From positions 512,001-576,000 of the forward strand of contig CAVWVI010000004.1 of the NCBI GenBank assembly GCA_963758495.1: DNA of 64,000 nt, in the 5' to 3' direction. Origin of the DNA: Oligoflexia bacterium. Lineage in GTDB: Bacteria > Bdellovibrionota > UBA1018. A model generated the notes under the pieces. That model did not search any database, was not told the DNA's origin, and saw nothing but the letters and a program-made list of their open reading frames with translations. Of the stretch, positions 10,984 to 19,277 are shown piece after piece; within the stretch, counting starts at the first letter, position 1; every line of letters begins with the position of its first letter. A program made the translations under genes and the position numbers.

Positions 10984-11073
10984 CTAGGTGTGTAAAGTTT
11001 TCCATAGGTTTAGCCTGTGGGCTTCAATTACGACGTTTGCATCAAGCAGAAGCAACTTCGATTTCATTTTCAT
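10984..11073 (-). pseudogene. N-terminal remnant of a PIN-like partner of the IrrE/ImmA gene
   Basis: Reads MKMKSKLLLLDANVVIEAHRLNLWKTLHT*; overlaps the IrrE gene end; LLLDANVVI is a PIN-type first strand. Confidence 0.55.
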
Positions 11074-11890
11074 CGGCTCCCTCTGGGAAGCCGTTATTCT
11101 CGAAGAATTCGGGCAAGTCTACCAGCGGTATTTTTAACATGGTGGAAACCTTGGTACGAGAGATTTTACTCTGAGCACACGCTTGAAAAGCTAGTCTAAT
11201 AAACCGATCAGGGAACTCCGGCGGAGTATTCCACTGATCATGCATATTTTCACGATACTCTCGTTGAAACTCTTCATTTGCGAGAAGTTTCTTAACAGCA
11301 CTTTGAGTTAATAGTCCTATGTAAGCGAGTCGATACAGGAGTGCCGGTATTGAAACATCAAACTGCCTTGCAAGTGCGACAAGTGAAGCGGTAGAAATCT
11401 TCCCGGAGTGAGTATATTTTCCAAATTCTCGTCTGAGATGTTCAGCTGGCATGAGGAGTCCCGCAGCAAAAGCTTCAGCATATTTCTCAAGATTTTCACG
11501 AAAGTCTTGAGATTTCGAAATCTGTTCAAATACCTTGGAAGTCCAGGTAAGGAGATGAAATAGTTCATGCGCAAGACTATAGTTTCTTCTCCAGGGTGGT
11601 TCCGATTGATTTAAGAGTACGGCTGCTTCATTTCCAACACGATAAGAGGCAGCAGATCCATTATTCTCAAGGTCAGTGTAGAAAATTCTGACATCGAACT
11701 GATCTTCTAAAATTTTTGCAAGTGCTGTGGCAGGTTCATTTCCAAGGCCGAGTCGAGTTCGGGTAGTTTCAGCTAAATCATAGGCTTCTTTATAATCAAA
11801 AGTATCAGGGTCGATTTCAAAGATTTCCAGAGTATAAGCTGGTGACTGTTTTACGCTAAGGGCCCGCTCGAGAAGGTCGTATGATTTAAT
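11042..11890 (-). pseudogene. 5'-truncated ImmA/IrrE family metallopeptidase (N-terminal HTH lost)
   Basis: Frame of ORF 11042..11452 stays open upstream to ~11920 without a start codon; contains RRNYSLAHELFHLL (HExxH) and AEAFAAGLLMP. Confidence 0.8.
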
Positions 11891-11893
11891 GTT

Positions 11894-12112
11894 TTGAAGG
11901 AAGCCCAGATGAATGGATTTGGGCTAGAGCAGGTATTAGATTTTTCGCGGCATGCATCCGTATCTACTCTAATGGTGTATAGAGATTGTGACGAATGTGT
12001 GCAAGGTCAAATCGCTGAGTTGATTTCCGCCAAAATTGAAAGAACAAAATCAAACAAACTCAGTGCATTATTTATTTTAGAAACCCATTCACTGCAAGGA
12101 TTTGGGACATAG
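11894..12112 (+). pseudogene. C-terminal remnant of a tyrosine recombinase/integrase
   Basis: VLDFSRHASVSTLMVYRD resembles the terminal H...Y catalytic box; rest of the gene absent. Confidence 0.6.
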
Positions 12113-12177
12113 GTCCTCAGCACTTGTAATGAATGGGCAAACTACGATCTTTAATATTATTAGCTTTAGCGCCCAAA

Positions 12178-12678
12178 TTACTGTGCTCTGAGCAACCTAA
12201 GTACAGCTTCAGCAAAAGTATTGCCAGCAGCTAATTGATGCGAAGTACCATAGGATGGCGGAACATAAGAAGGGAGATCAAGAATTACAACTTTGCCATT
12301 CTGATTCTCAAAGAATAGGCTCTTTCCCGGCTGTTTTAGCAATAAACCCAAGGACTCAACTTCGCTTTTTTCCAAACCAAATGTTCCTTCGAAGTTATCC
12401 AAACAATTAGTAAGATTCGCAATTCCAGTTCGATCAGCCAGTTTGCATAGATCTTCGCTCAGGAGTGAACTCAGTGATTCCTGTACGCCAAAAGTTGAGC
12501 TACCATCTCGCGCTGACACATATAGGCTCGTTTCCCAATGGCTTATCTCAATATGTGAAAAACCTGGCGCTGCTATGTATTTATCTACCAAGGTTGAGTC
12601 AGCAAAAGCTGAACATGTTATAAGACTAAGTGCAATTACTACAGACGATAAGCCAAACTTCATTTTTTGTTTCCCCAA
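12178..12678 (-). CDS. Hypothetical secreted protein
   Basis: Signal peptide MKFGLSSVVIALSLITCSAFA; start probably at the ATG near 12663. Confidence 0.6.
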   Translation of the reverse strand: MGKQKMKFGLSSVVIALSLITCSAFADSTLVDKYIAAPGFSHIEISHWETSLYVSARDGSSTFGVQESLSSLLSEDLCKLADRTGIANLTNCLDNFEGTFGLEKSEVESLGLLLKQPGKSLFFENQNGKVVILDLPSYVPPSYGTSHQLAAGNTFAEAVLRLLRAQ

Positions 12679-13415
12679 GTTAAATTTGTTATAAATGTGT
12701 CGTGGATCGGCACACCCAGTTCCCTACTCAATACTCGATGACGAGGTATTGTCAAAATAAAATACCATGACGCAACGAACTACTGTCGAATGTTAGAATA
12801 TTAGCCCACATTCCAAAAGAGGATACGCTTGCGCGTGCTACTTACTCTGCAAATCGCTTTCAAAAAAGTAAGAAATATTTTTTAAACTATATAAGTGTTA
12901 TACGTATTTTAGAAAATATTATCAATTTCAATATAATATATTTACATAATAAATAACTATTATGCAGAACTTAAGTTTAAATTATAGTAAACCACTTTCC
13001 TTGGACTGAATCCGAACTTTCAATCTGGCTAACATCAAACGCGTGAACATTACTGATAAATCAGGATCATTGAAGTCCTTTTTTAGTTGATTCTTTTCTG
13101 AGTCCGAAAGGGACAGGAAGTAAGCTCGTATTCTTGATATCCTGAAGAAAGCATGCTCCCACTGACTGGTGGGGGTCTATCAAATCTTGCTCCTCACAAC
13201 TTTTTTCCTCTTCCACTTCACTTCTCGATCGCTTGCGATCAACCGTATTGAAGGTATTAGGTATTGAGTATTGGATGGCGCTCCCTAATGCTAGGCTTTT
13301 TCGCGGGACCGTAATATCTATGGAGTCGTTCAAGACTGTTTTGAGCTCGTGTCGCCTAGAGATAGCCCAAACAATCACCGGTCCCAACGGTCAATGTGCA
13401 ATATTTAATATATCC

Positions 13416-13445
13416 TTGACATGTAACCTTTAGGTTACCTATAAT
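13416..13445 (+). promoter_or_regulatory. Consensus sigma70 promoter with ArsR-type operator; probably leaderless
   Basis: TTGACA-N18-TATAAT with palindrome GTAACCTttAGGTTAC (13423-13438) in the spacer; GTG start 6 nt after the -10. Confidence 0.8.
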
Positions 13446-13451
13446 AACTAG

Positions 13452-13775
13452 GTGGACACCGATCTGGTTTTCAAAGCGCTAGCGGATAAAGGCCGACGCA
13501 CCTTACTGGACTCCCTGTGCGAGCAAAACGGCCAAAACCTGAACTCGCTCTGTGAGAACCTGTTCATGAGCCGGCAGGCTGTGATGAAGCATCTCAGGAT
13601 TCTCGAAAAAGCGAACCTGATTGCTGTTCATCGCGAGGGGCGCGAGAAATTGCATTTTCTCAACCCCGTGCCGCTCCAGGAAACATTCGGACGCTGGGTC
13701 GCCAAATACGAATGCAGACGGCTTACGGCGCTCGATCATTTAAAGACCTCTTTAGAGAAAGGAAAGTCAAAATGA
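13452..13775 (+). CDS. ArsR/SmtB family transcriptional regulator
   Basis: VFKALADKGRRTLL, MSRQAVMKHLRILEKANL, REGREKLHFLNP. Confidence 0.92.
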   Translation: MDTDLVFKALADKGRRTLLDSLCEQNGQNLNSLCENLFMSRQAVMKHLRILEKANLIAVHREGREKLHFLNPVPLQETFGRWVAKYECRRLTALDHLKTSLEKGKSK

Positions 13776-14233
13776 GTAAACCCCAATTCGTTTATACGAC
13801 CTATATCCAAACCACGCCTGAAAAACTCTGGGAGGCGCTTACCAACGGTGAGTTCACGCGCCAATACTGGGGTGGTTACCGCATCGAGAGCGATTGGAAA
13901 CTGGGATCATCGATTCAGTTTTACGGCCCAGATGGAGACTTAAGGCATTCGGATCACGTGATTAAAGCCGAAAAACCAAAGTTTTTGTCCTATACTTGGA
14001 AGCCCTTGCAAGAGGGTATGCCGGATGAGCCCGCATCAACCGTAAGCTTCGAGATAGAAAATATGGGTGCTTATGTGAAATTAACGATCACCCATTTTAA
14101 CTTCCCAGAAAATTCAAAGATGTTCCCAATGATCAGCGGAGGTTGGCCGCTTGTACTCAGCAGTCTCAAGAGCTTCTTGGAAAATAATAAGCCAATGAAT
14201 TGGAAAAAATGCACTGGAGGTAACGAAAAATGA
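13772..14233 (+). CDS. SRPBCC/AHSA1 domain protein
   Basis: YTTYIQTTPEKLWEALT...GGWPLVLSSLKSFLE; ATGA-coupled start at 13772. Confidence 0.88.
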   Translation: MSKPQFVYTTYIQTTPEKLWEALTNGEFTRQYWGGYRIESDWKLGSSIQFYGPDGDLRHSDHVIKAEKPKFLSYTWKPLQEGMPDEPASTVSFEIENMGAYVKLTITHFNFPENSKMFPMISGGWPLVLSSLKSFLENNKPMNWKKCTGGNEK

Positions 14234-14682
14234 GTTCTTTTAAAATTCTTCATGAAGTTGGAATCAAAGCATCGCCGAATTTCATCACCGAGGCACTCAC
14301 GGATACGAAAAAGCTTGCAGCGTGGTGGACATCTGACACTCGTGGAAGCGGCTCACAAGTTGGAGATGTTCTTGAGTTTTGGTTTGGCGATTTCTGTCAA
14401 AAGTTCGAGATCATTGACCTACAGCCCGGAAAGCTCGTGAAATGGAAAGCGACTCAAAAAGAGAGCATGGATGAATGGGCGGGAACAGAAATCACATTTA
14501 AACTGAGCCCAGAGAAAGACCAATGCTGGCTTAATTTCAGTCATTCGGGCTGGAAGAGCGACGAGGGAATGCTTCCTCACTGCTCAACCAAATGGGCTGT
14601 GTTTATGCTGAGCCTGAAAGATCTTCTGGAAAAAGGAAAGGGACATCCGGCGCCGAATGACATCGAAATCAACCACGACTGA
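14230..14682 (+). CDS. SRPBCC domain protein
   Basis: LAAWWT, EWAGTEITF, FSHSGW, CSTKWAVFMLSLK. Confidence 0.88.
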   Translation: MSSFKILHEVGIKASPNFITEALTDTKKLAAWWTSDTRGSGSQVGDVLEFWFGDFCQKFEIIDLQPGKLVKWKATQKESMDEWAGTEITFKLSPEKDQCWLNFSHSGWKSDEGMLPHCSTKWAVFMLSLKDLLEKGKGHPAPNDIEINHD

Positions 14683-14725
14683 TCTTGAGAGAACGCGCAA
14701 CAATCCTATATTCTAATAACGTGAA

Positions 14726-14867
14726 TTCGGGATCAGAATCGGAGGCGGTTTCAGTTCGAGTTTCGGTTCCTGTACGGTACAGTTTAGATGTTTTCTTACC
14801 AATACTGAGCCGAAACTGGACCGAAACAGCAACCAAAACTGAAACTGAAACTATCTCTTAACCCGAA
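14726..14867. repeat. Long imperfect inverted repeat built from GTTTC(A/G)-like hexamers
   Basis: 5' arm GTTTCAGTTCGAGTTTCGGTTCCTGT-ACGGTACAGTTT aligns with the reverse complement of the 3' arm GTTTCAGTTTCAGTTTTGGTTGCTGTTTCGGTCCAGTTT; closed by TTCGGG/CCCGAA. Confidence 0.7.
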
Positions 14868-14889
14868 CTCCATATATGAGGTTAATAAC

Positions 14890-15255
14890 ATGAGCAGTCA
14901 TAAAAAAGCAGGGATTCGTATGAGCTCTATTTTACTTGCCAAGTGTCCGTCCTGTCATACAGGAAAAGTTCTGGAAGGATTTTCCATTCGCGCTAGATGC
15001 CCACATTGTAATTATGATTTCTATCCGGAGCCTGGATTCTATGTCGGAGCTATCGCTGTTGGCTTTCTCATCTCAGCTATGACTACCATTCCACCTTTGA
15101 TTGTTTTGAAGATCCTCAATGTAGACATCAACCTATTGATCGCATTTCCATTCGCTGAATTTATTTTTATTGGGACCTTCTTAATGATTTACTGCCGAAT
15201 TATCTGGCTTCACCTCCAATATCGTATGACGGATCATCTAAACGGCAGAGACTAA
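14890..15255 (+). CDS. DUF983-like membrane protein
   Basis: Two CxxC motifs, EPGFYVGA, two TM helices. Confidence 0.75.
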   Translation: MSSHKKAGIRMSSILLAKCPSCHTGKVLEGFSIRARCPHCNYDFYPEPGFYVGAIAVGFLISAMTTIPPLIVLKILNVDINLLIAFPFAEFIFIGTFLMIYCRIIWLHLQYRMTDHLNGRD

Positions 15256-15278
15256 ATGAACGCGCCCGTTTTATAGCT

Positions 15279-15487
15279 CTACACCGCAATCGGCGCAACA
15301 ATATGCGGATGAGGATCATATCCCACGATCTCGAAATCATCGAACCTGTAATCGAAGATTGAATCCGGTTTTCGTTTGATCACCAACTTTGGAAGGGATC
15401 GAAACTCACGAGTTAGTTGAAGCTTGGCCTGAACCAATGGTTAAAATAACATCCCCAGGTTCATATCCACACTGTTGTGGCCACCAT
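15279..15487 (-). pseudogene. thyA: Degenerate duplicate of the thyA 3' end
   Basis: Reads [18 protein letters not shown](deletion)[50 protein letters not shown], parallel to the thyA C-terminus at 16953-17190. Confidence 0.9.
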
Positions 15488-15551
15488 ATAAATTCCAAAT
15501 GAAAAACTCGCTTTTTATTATCAAACATGACTTTTTTGAACTTTGTGTGCT

Positions 15552-15743
15552 TCATTTGAGTCCCTCCTTCATCAGCTCTTTGAGAATCTTCCGAATACGA
15601 CGGTCGATCTTCCCTTCCATGAGCGTCAAGTGCTCATCGAGTTCAACCTTCGCGAGTAATTTACGATCCTTCAACACATGAACATGCCTAGGCGAATGAT
15701 CGCCAACCCAGAACTCGAATAGATATCCACCACGTTCGTACAT
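15552..15743 (-). CDS. DUF4160-like small toxin-type protein
   Basis: DHSPRHVHV motif, 63 aa; ATGA-coupled downstream partner (ATG 15555) is truncated at the thyA remnant. Confidence 0.7.
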   Translation of the reverse strand: MYERGGYLFEFWVGDHSPRHVHVLKDRKLLAKVELDEHLTLMEGKIDRRIRKILKELMKEGLK

Positions 15744-15781
15744 TAGTCAGTAATGCTAAAGTATCCCTTAGTCATATTCGA

Positions 15782-16267
15782 TTACTTAAAAACGCTCTCA
15801 TCAGCCTCAAGGTGATAACCAGGTTGCATTTTTAGAAGCTCCAGTCGATTAGGTTTGACAGAAAAAATCAAGACATCTCGAACCATAAGCTGCCCGTCAT
15901 CAAAAGGCATAATCGCAACTTCTAAATTCCCATCCTGATTAATATCCGAAAAAAACTTTCCAGATTTAATTTTTAAAAAATAGGCGTAGTCCCATAAATT
16001 ATCATACTTCTGCTCGTACTCCTCGGACCAAATTACTTTATTAATCAGTCTACCTTTACTATTCTTAATCTTTTTTCCTAAGATCAGTTTGGTCTTATGC
16101 TCATCTACTTTTTTTAACCAAATCCATCTATTATGGGGAAGCTTTAAAAAGTCTCGCCATAATGGCAGGCCAATAGTTTCATAGTAAGTTAAAGATGCAA
16201 TGCTCTGGTGACAAAACAAAACTACTAATGCAAGAAAGCAGCTACTTCTTTTTAAGAGATTTTTCAT
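15782..16267 (-). CDS. Hypothetical secreted protein, partner of the SLT gene
   Basis: Signal peptide; DINQDGNLEV Ca-binding-like motif; overlaps the SLT gene end. Confidence 0.65.
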   Translation of the reverse strand: MKNLLKRSSCFLALVVLFCHQSIASLTYYETIGLPLWRDFLKLPHNRWIWLKKVDEHKTKLILGKKIKNSKGRLINKVIWSEEYEQKYDNLWDYAYFLKIKSGKFFSDINQDGNLEVAIMPFDDGQLMVRDVLIFSVKPNRLELLKMQPGYHLEADESVFK

Positions 16268-16925
16268 ATTTAGAAAACACTTCTTTAGCGTATGCGTCGC
16301 CTTCTTTTTTCCAAGATTTATAATTTTTTATTGTATTGTACAGGCTCTTTTCAGCTTCTTTTGGAATTTTAGAGTATTTATGCCCAAGTAATCTTATCCC
16401 TAATGCAATATTTACCACCGGATCAAGTTTATCGTCTTTCTTTACATGAATAAGTGCCTTGCGTGCTTCGATATAATCATCTTTATTTGCTCCCCCTCCC
16501 AAAATTCTCATCATTTGATCTGTAACCTGCATCAAGCCAGAAGCTGTACTACCTTTAGCTTTTGCATTGGGATTAAAAGTTGATTCAACTGCAATCAAAG
16601 CCTTAATCAAAAGAGGGTCTAATTTCTCAGGAAAGGCAATCCCCTCAAACTTCCAGTATTCAAGCCAAAATTGAATAAGCTCATCATACTCTGCACCCTG
16701 GTTTCCATAACCATCAATGGGATTCAAAGCAGGGTATTTCTTCTTCGAGTTCCAGAAAAGATAATGAATATTATCTTTAAGAAGTCCTGGACTAATTCGA
16801 CCTCGGTTCTTTCGAACATGCGCATGAACCCAAGCCGCAATGCCAGACTGACAAACTCGCTTGAATCCATGAACCACATGCGACCCTGGAGGACACACGA
16901 GTGTTGCATCTGGTTTTTTTAACAT
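16242..16925 (-). CDS. Lytic transglycosylase (SLT domain) protein
   Basis: LIKALIAVESTFNPNA, ASGLMQV, DPVVNIALG. Confidence 0.85.
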   Translation of the reverse strand: MLKKPDATLVCPPGSHVVHGFKRVCQSGIAAWVHAHVRKNRGRISPGLLKDNIHYLFWNSKKKYPALNPIDGYGNQGAEYDELIQFWLEYWKFEGIAFPEKLDPLLIKALIAVESTFNPNAKAKGSTASGLMQVTDQMMRILGGGANKDDYIEARKALIHVKKDDKLDPVVNIALGIRLLGHKYSKIPKEAEKSLYNTIKNYKSWKKEGDAYAKEVFSKYEKSLKKK

Positions 16926-16952
16926 GATTTTTATTCCTTTTTTATATCCATT

Positions 16953-17786
16953 CTACACGGCAATCGGCGCAGGAATATGAGGATGTGGATCATATCCCAC
17001 AATCTCAAAATCCTCGAACTTGTAATCGAAGATAGAATCCAGGTTTACGCTTAATCACCAACTTCGGAAGTGGTCGAGGCTCCCTCGTTAGCTGCAGTTT
17101 TGCTTGCTCAAGATGATTTTTATAAAGATGTAAATCACCCATGGAAATAATCACTTCGCCGGGTTCAAATCCACATTGCTGTGCAACCATGTGAGTAAGG
17201 AACGCAACACTGGCCGTATTATAACTGTTGCCAAAAATAAATCATTCGACCGAATATAGAGCAAACAGGAAAGTTTATTATTAGCTACATAAAATTGATA
17301 GAGCAAATGACATGGTGGAAGCGCCATCTTTCCATCCGCAGCATTTTCCCAAGGTTTCTTTGTCTCATCAGGAAGATAAGCAACATTCCAAGCGTGAAAT
17401 AAATGTCGTCGGCTATCTGGACGGCTTTTCAAGCCCTCAATCAAAGTCGCAATCTGATCAATGTGACCTCCTTTTCCATCTGGCCAAAAACGCCATTGAT
17501 ATCCGTATACGGGTCCTAGCTCCCCTTCTGGAGTTGCCCACTCATCCCATATCTTCACACCGTTCTCTTTTAAATACTTGATGTTAGTTTCACCCTTCAA
17601 AAACCACAAAAGTTCATGAAGAATCGATTTCGTGTGAAGCTTCTTCGTCGTAAGCAACGGGAACCCCTCAGAAAGATCGTAACGAACTTGTCTTCCAAAA
17701 ACAGACAAAGTCCCTGTTCCTGTGCGATCTGTCTTTTCAGTTCCGTTTTTCAAAACATCATCAAGTAAGTCTAAATATGCCTTCAT
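16953..17786 (-). pseudogene. thyA: Thymidylate synthase with two apparent frameshifts (~17232 and ~17040); pseudogene or sequence error
   Basis: [36 protein letters not shown]; continues in shifted frames GNSYNTAS...GDLHLYKNH and [11 protein letters not shown]...PIAV*. Confidence 0.9.
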
Positions 17787-17983
17787 GCTCTATCCTCGTG
17801 AGTGAAGAATTGACGCTACCATCCGTTCCATAAAGACTTATCCAAACCTATCCACATAGCAATTGGAGCTTATATTCTGGTTCAGCGATGCTGGAGAATA
17901 CTAGTTCAGCTCCGAATCTAAGTAAACGATCTTTAATTGTAGACGTATCTATTTGAAATTATTATATAATATAGAAAAATCAC

Positions 17984-18034
17984 TTAATACTACAAGTTTT
18001 ACTACAAAATTTGTAGTAAAACTTGTAGTATTAA
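17984..18034. promoter_or_regulatory. Perfect 25-bp-arm palindrome immediately before the Fic gene (likely operator)
   Basis: TTAATACTACAAGTTTTACTACAAA-A-TTTGTAGTAAAACTTGTAGTATTAA; four TACTACAA half-sites. Confidence 0.75.
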
Positions 18035-18038
18035 CACT

Positions 18039-19274
18039 ATGCCGGCCAATGAATTTGAATTCCTAACCTCCCCGACGTGGCTAGATTACACTCAGCATCG
18101 CTACCTTTCTCCAGATGAGATGAGGTATCGCATGAAGCAACAAAAAAGTCTGCCTACTGACTGGACTGAGCTAGCAAAAAAAGTAGTGAAATATAGAAAA
18201 TTCGGTTCAGTTCCTCTCTTCGTAGCATCCATCGATAAGAAATTCTGGTACTTTCCCTCGGATAGTCTGACCCGGAAGATTAACGAAATCGAAAGACTGG
18301 GTATCGACCTTTATCACCGGATCAATCAACAGTCCTTATTCAAACATGATTTTCTTTTAGACTCAGCCATAGAAGAAGCAATTACCTCAGCAATCTACGA
18401 AGGTGCGCACAGCACACGAGCGCAAGCACAACAACTTATTGCATCCGGAAACAAACCTAAGAATAAAGACGAATGGATGCTTGTCAATAATCTTAAAGCC
18501 ATGCAGTGGATTCAAAACAATAGAAATAGGGACGTTACACAAGAACTTATTTTGGAATTGCATCGAATTGCCACCGAACACTCCATGGAAGGCGACGATG
18601 CAAATTTCTCAGGAAAATTTAGAAATGACAAAATTTTTGTTGGACCCCACGAAGGGATTCAGCATGGACTTATAGAACAAGCGACAAACGAGGCAATCTT
18701 TTTAACAACCCAGAATCCACGCTATATCCATCCCTTGCTGAGAGGAATCCTATTTCATTACTTTATTGCCTATATTCATCCATTCTTTGATGGAAATGGA
18801 AGAACTGCACGAGCCCTCTTTTACTTCAACTCGATGCGAAATCATCTTGATTACATCCAGCTTCTTTCTGTTTCTGCTTATCTTAAAGAGCATGGATCTC
18901 AATATGAAAAGATATTTGAGAAAGTCGTATCGAATGATCTTGATATCACCTATTTTATAGATTTTTGTTTAGATTCAATTCATTCTGCGCTCTCGGTAGT
19001 ATCCGAGAAAATCAAATATTTGCTCCAAATTACGGAGTTAAGAGAAAAAGTGGGTCTATCTACTAACCAGATAGGACTGCTACAAAGAATGGCACTTCAT
19101 AAGTTCAGAACTGTAAGCATTGAGGAATATGCCGAGCAAATTGCCATGTCGAGAGAAATTGCTAGACAAGAACTCAAGTCACTCACTGACCTGGGTCTTA
19201 TTCAAGAATCTAAACTCGGCAAGAAATTAATATATGGCATCAAAAAGCCTAACCTGGATAACCTGATTAAGTGA
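18039..19274 (+). CDS. Fic family protein with C-terminal wHTH
   Basis: Fic motif HPFFDGNGRTAR; inhibitory-like SAIYEG; C-terminal SREIARQELKSL. Confidence 0.92.
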   Translation: MPANEFEFLTSPTWLDYTQHRYLSPDEMRYRMKQQKSLPTDWTELAKKVVKYRKFGSVPLFVASIDKKFWYFPSDSLTRKINEIERLGIDLYHRINQQSLFKHDFLLDSAIEEAITSAIYEGAHSTRAQAQQLIASGNKPKNKDEWMLVNNLKAMQWIQNNRNRDVTQELILELHRIATEHSMEGDDANFSGKFRNDKIFVGPHEGIQHGLIEQATNEAIFLTTQNPRYIHPLLRGILFHYFIAYIHPFFDGNGRTARALFYFNSMRNHLDYIQLLSVSAYLKEHGSQYEKIFEKVVSNDLDITYFIDFCLDSIHSALSVVSEKIKYLLQITELREKVGLSTNQIGLLQRMALHKFRTVSIEEYAEQIAMSREIARQELKSLTDLGLIQESKLGKKLIYGIKKPNLDNLIK

Positions 19275-19277
19275 GCC

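Noticed and set aside
13067..13433. Overlapping ORFs 13067-13387 (-) and 13233-13433 (+)
   Set aside because: No recognisable motifs or RBS, and they overlap each other; I cannot support either.
17860..17920. Hairpin upstream of thyA as an integron attC site
   Set aside because: An imperfect stem exists (GGAGCT/AGCTCC), but proper RYYYAAC/GTTRRRY boxes, a cassette array and an integron integrase are missing.
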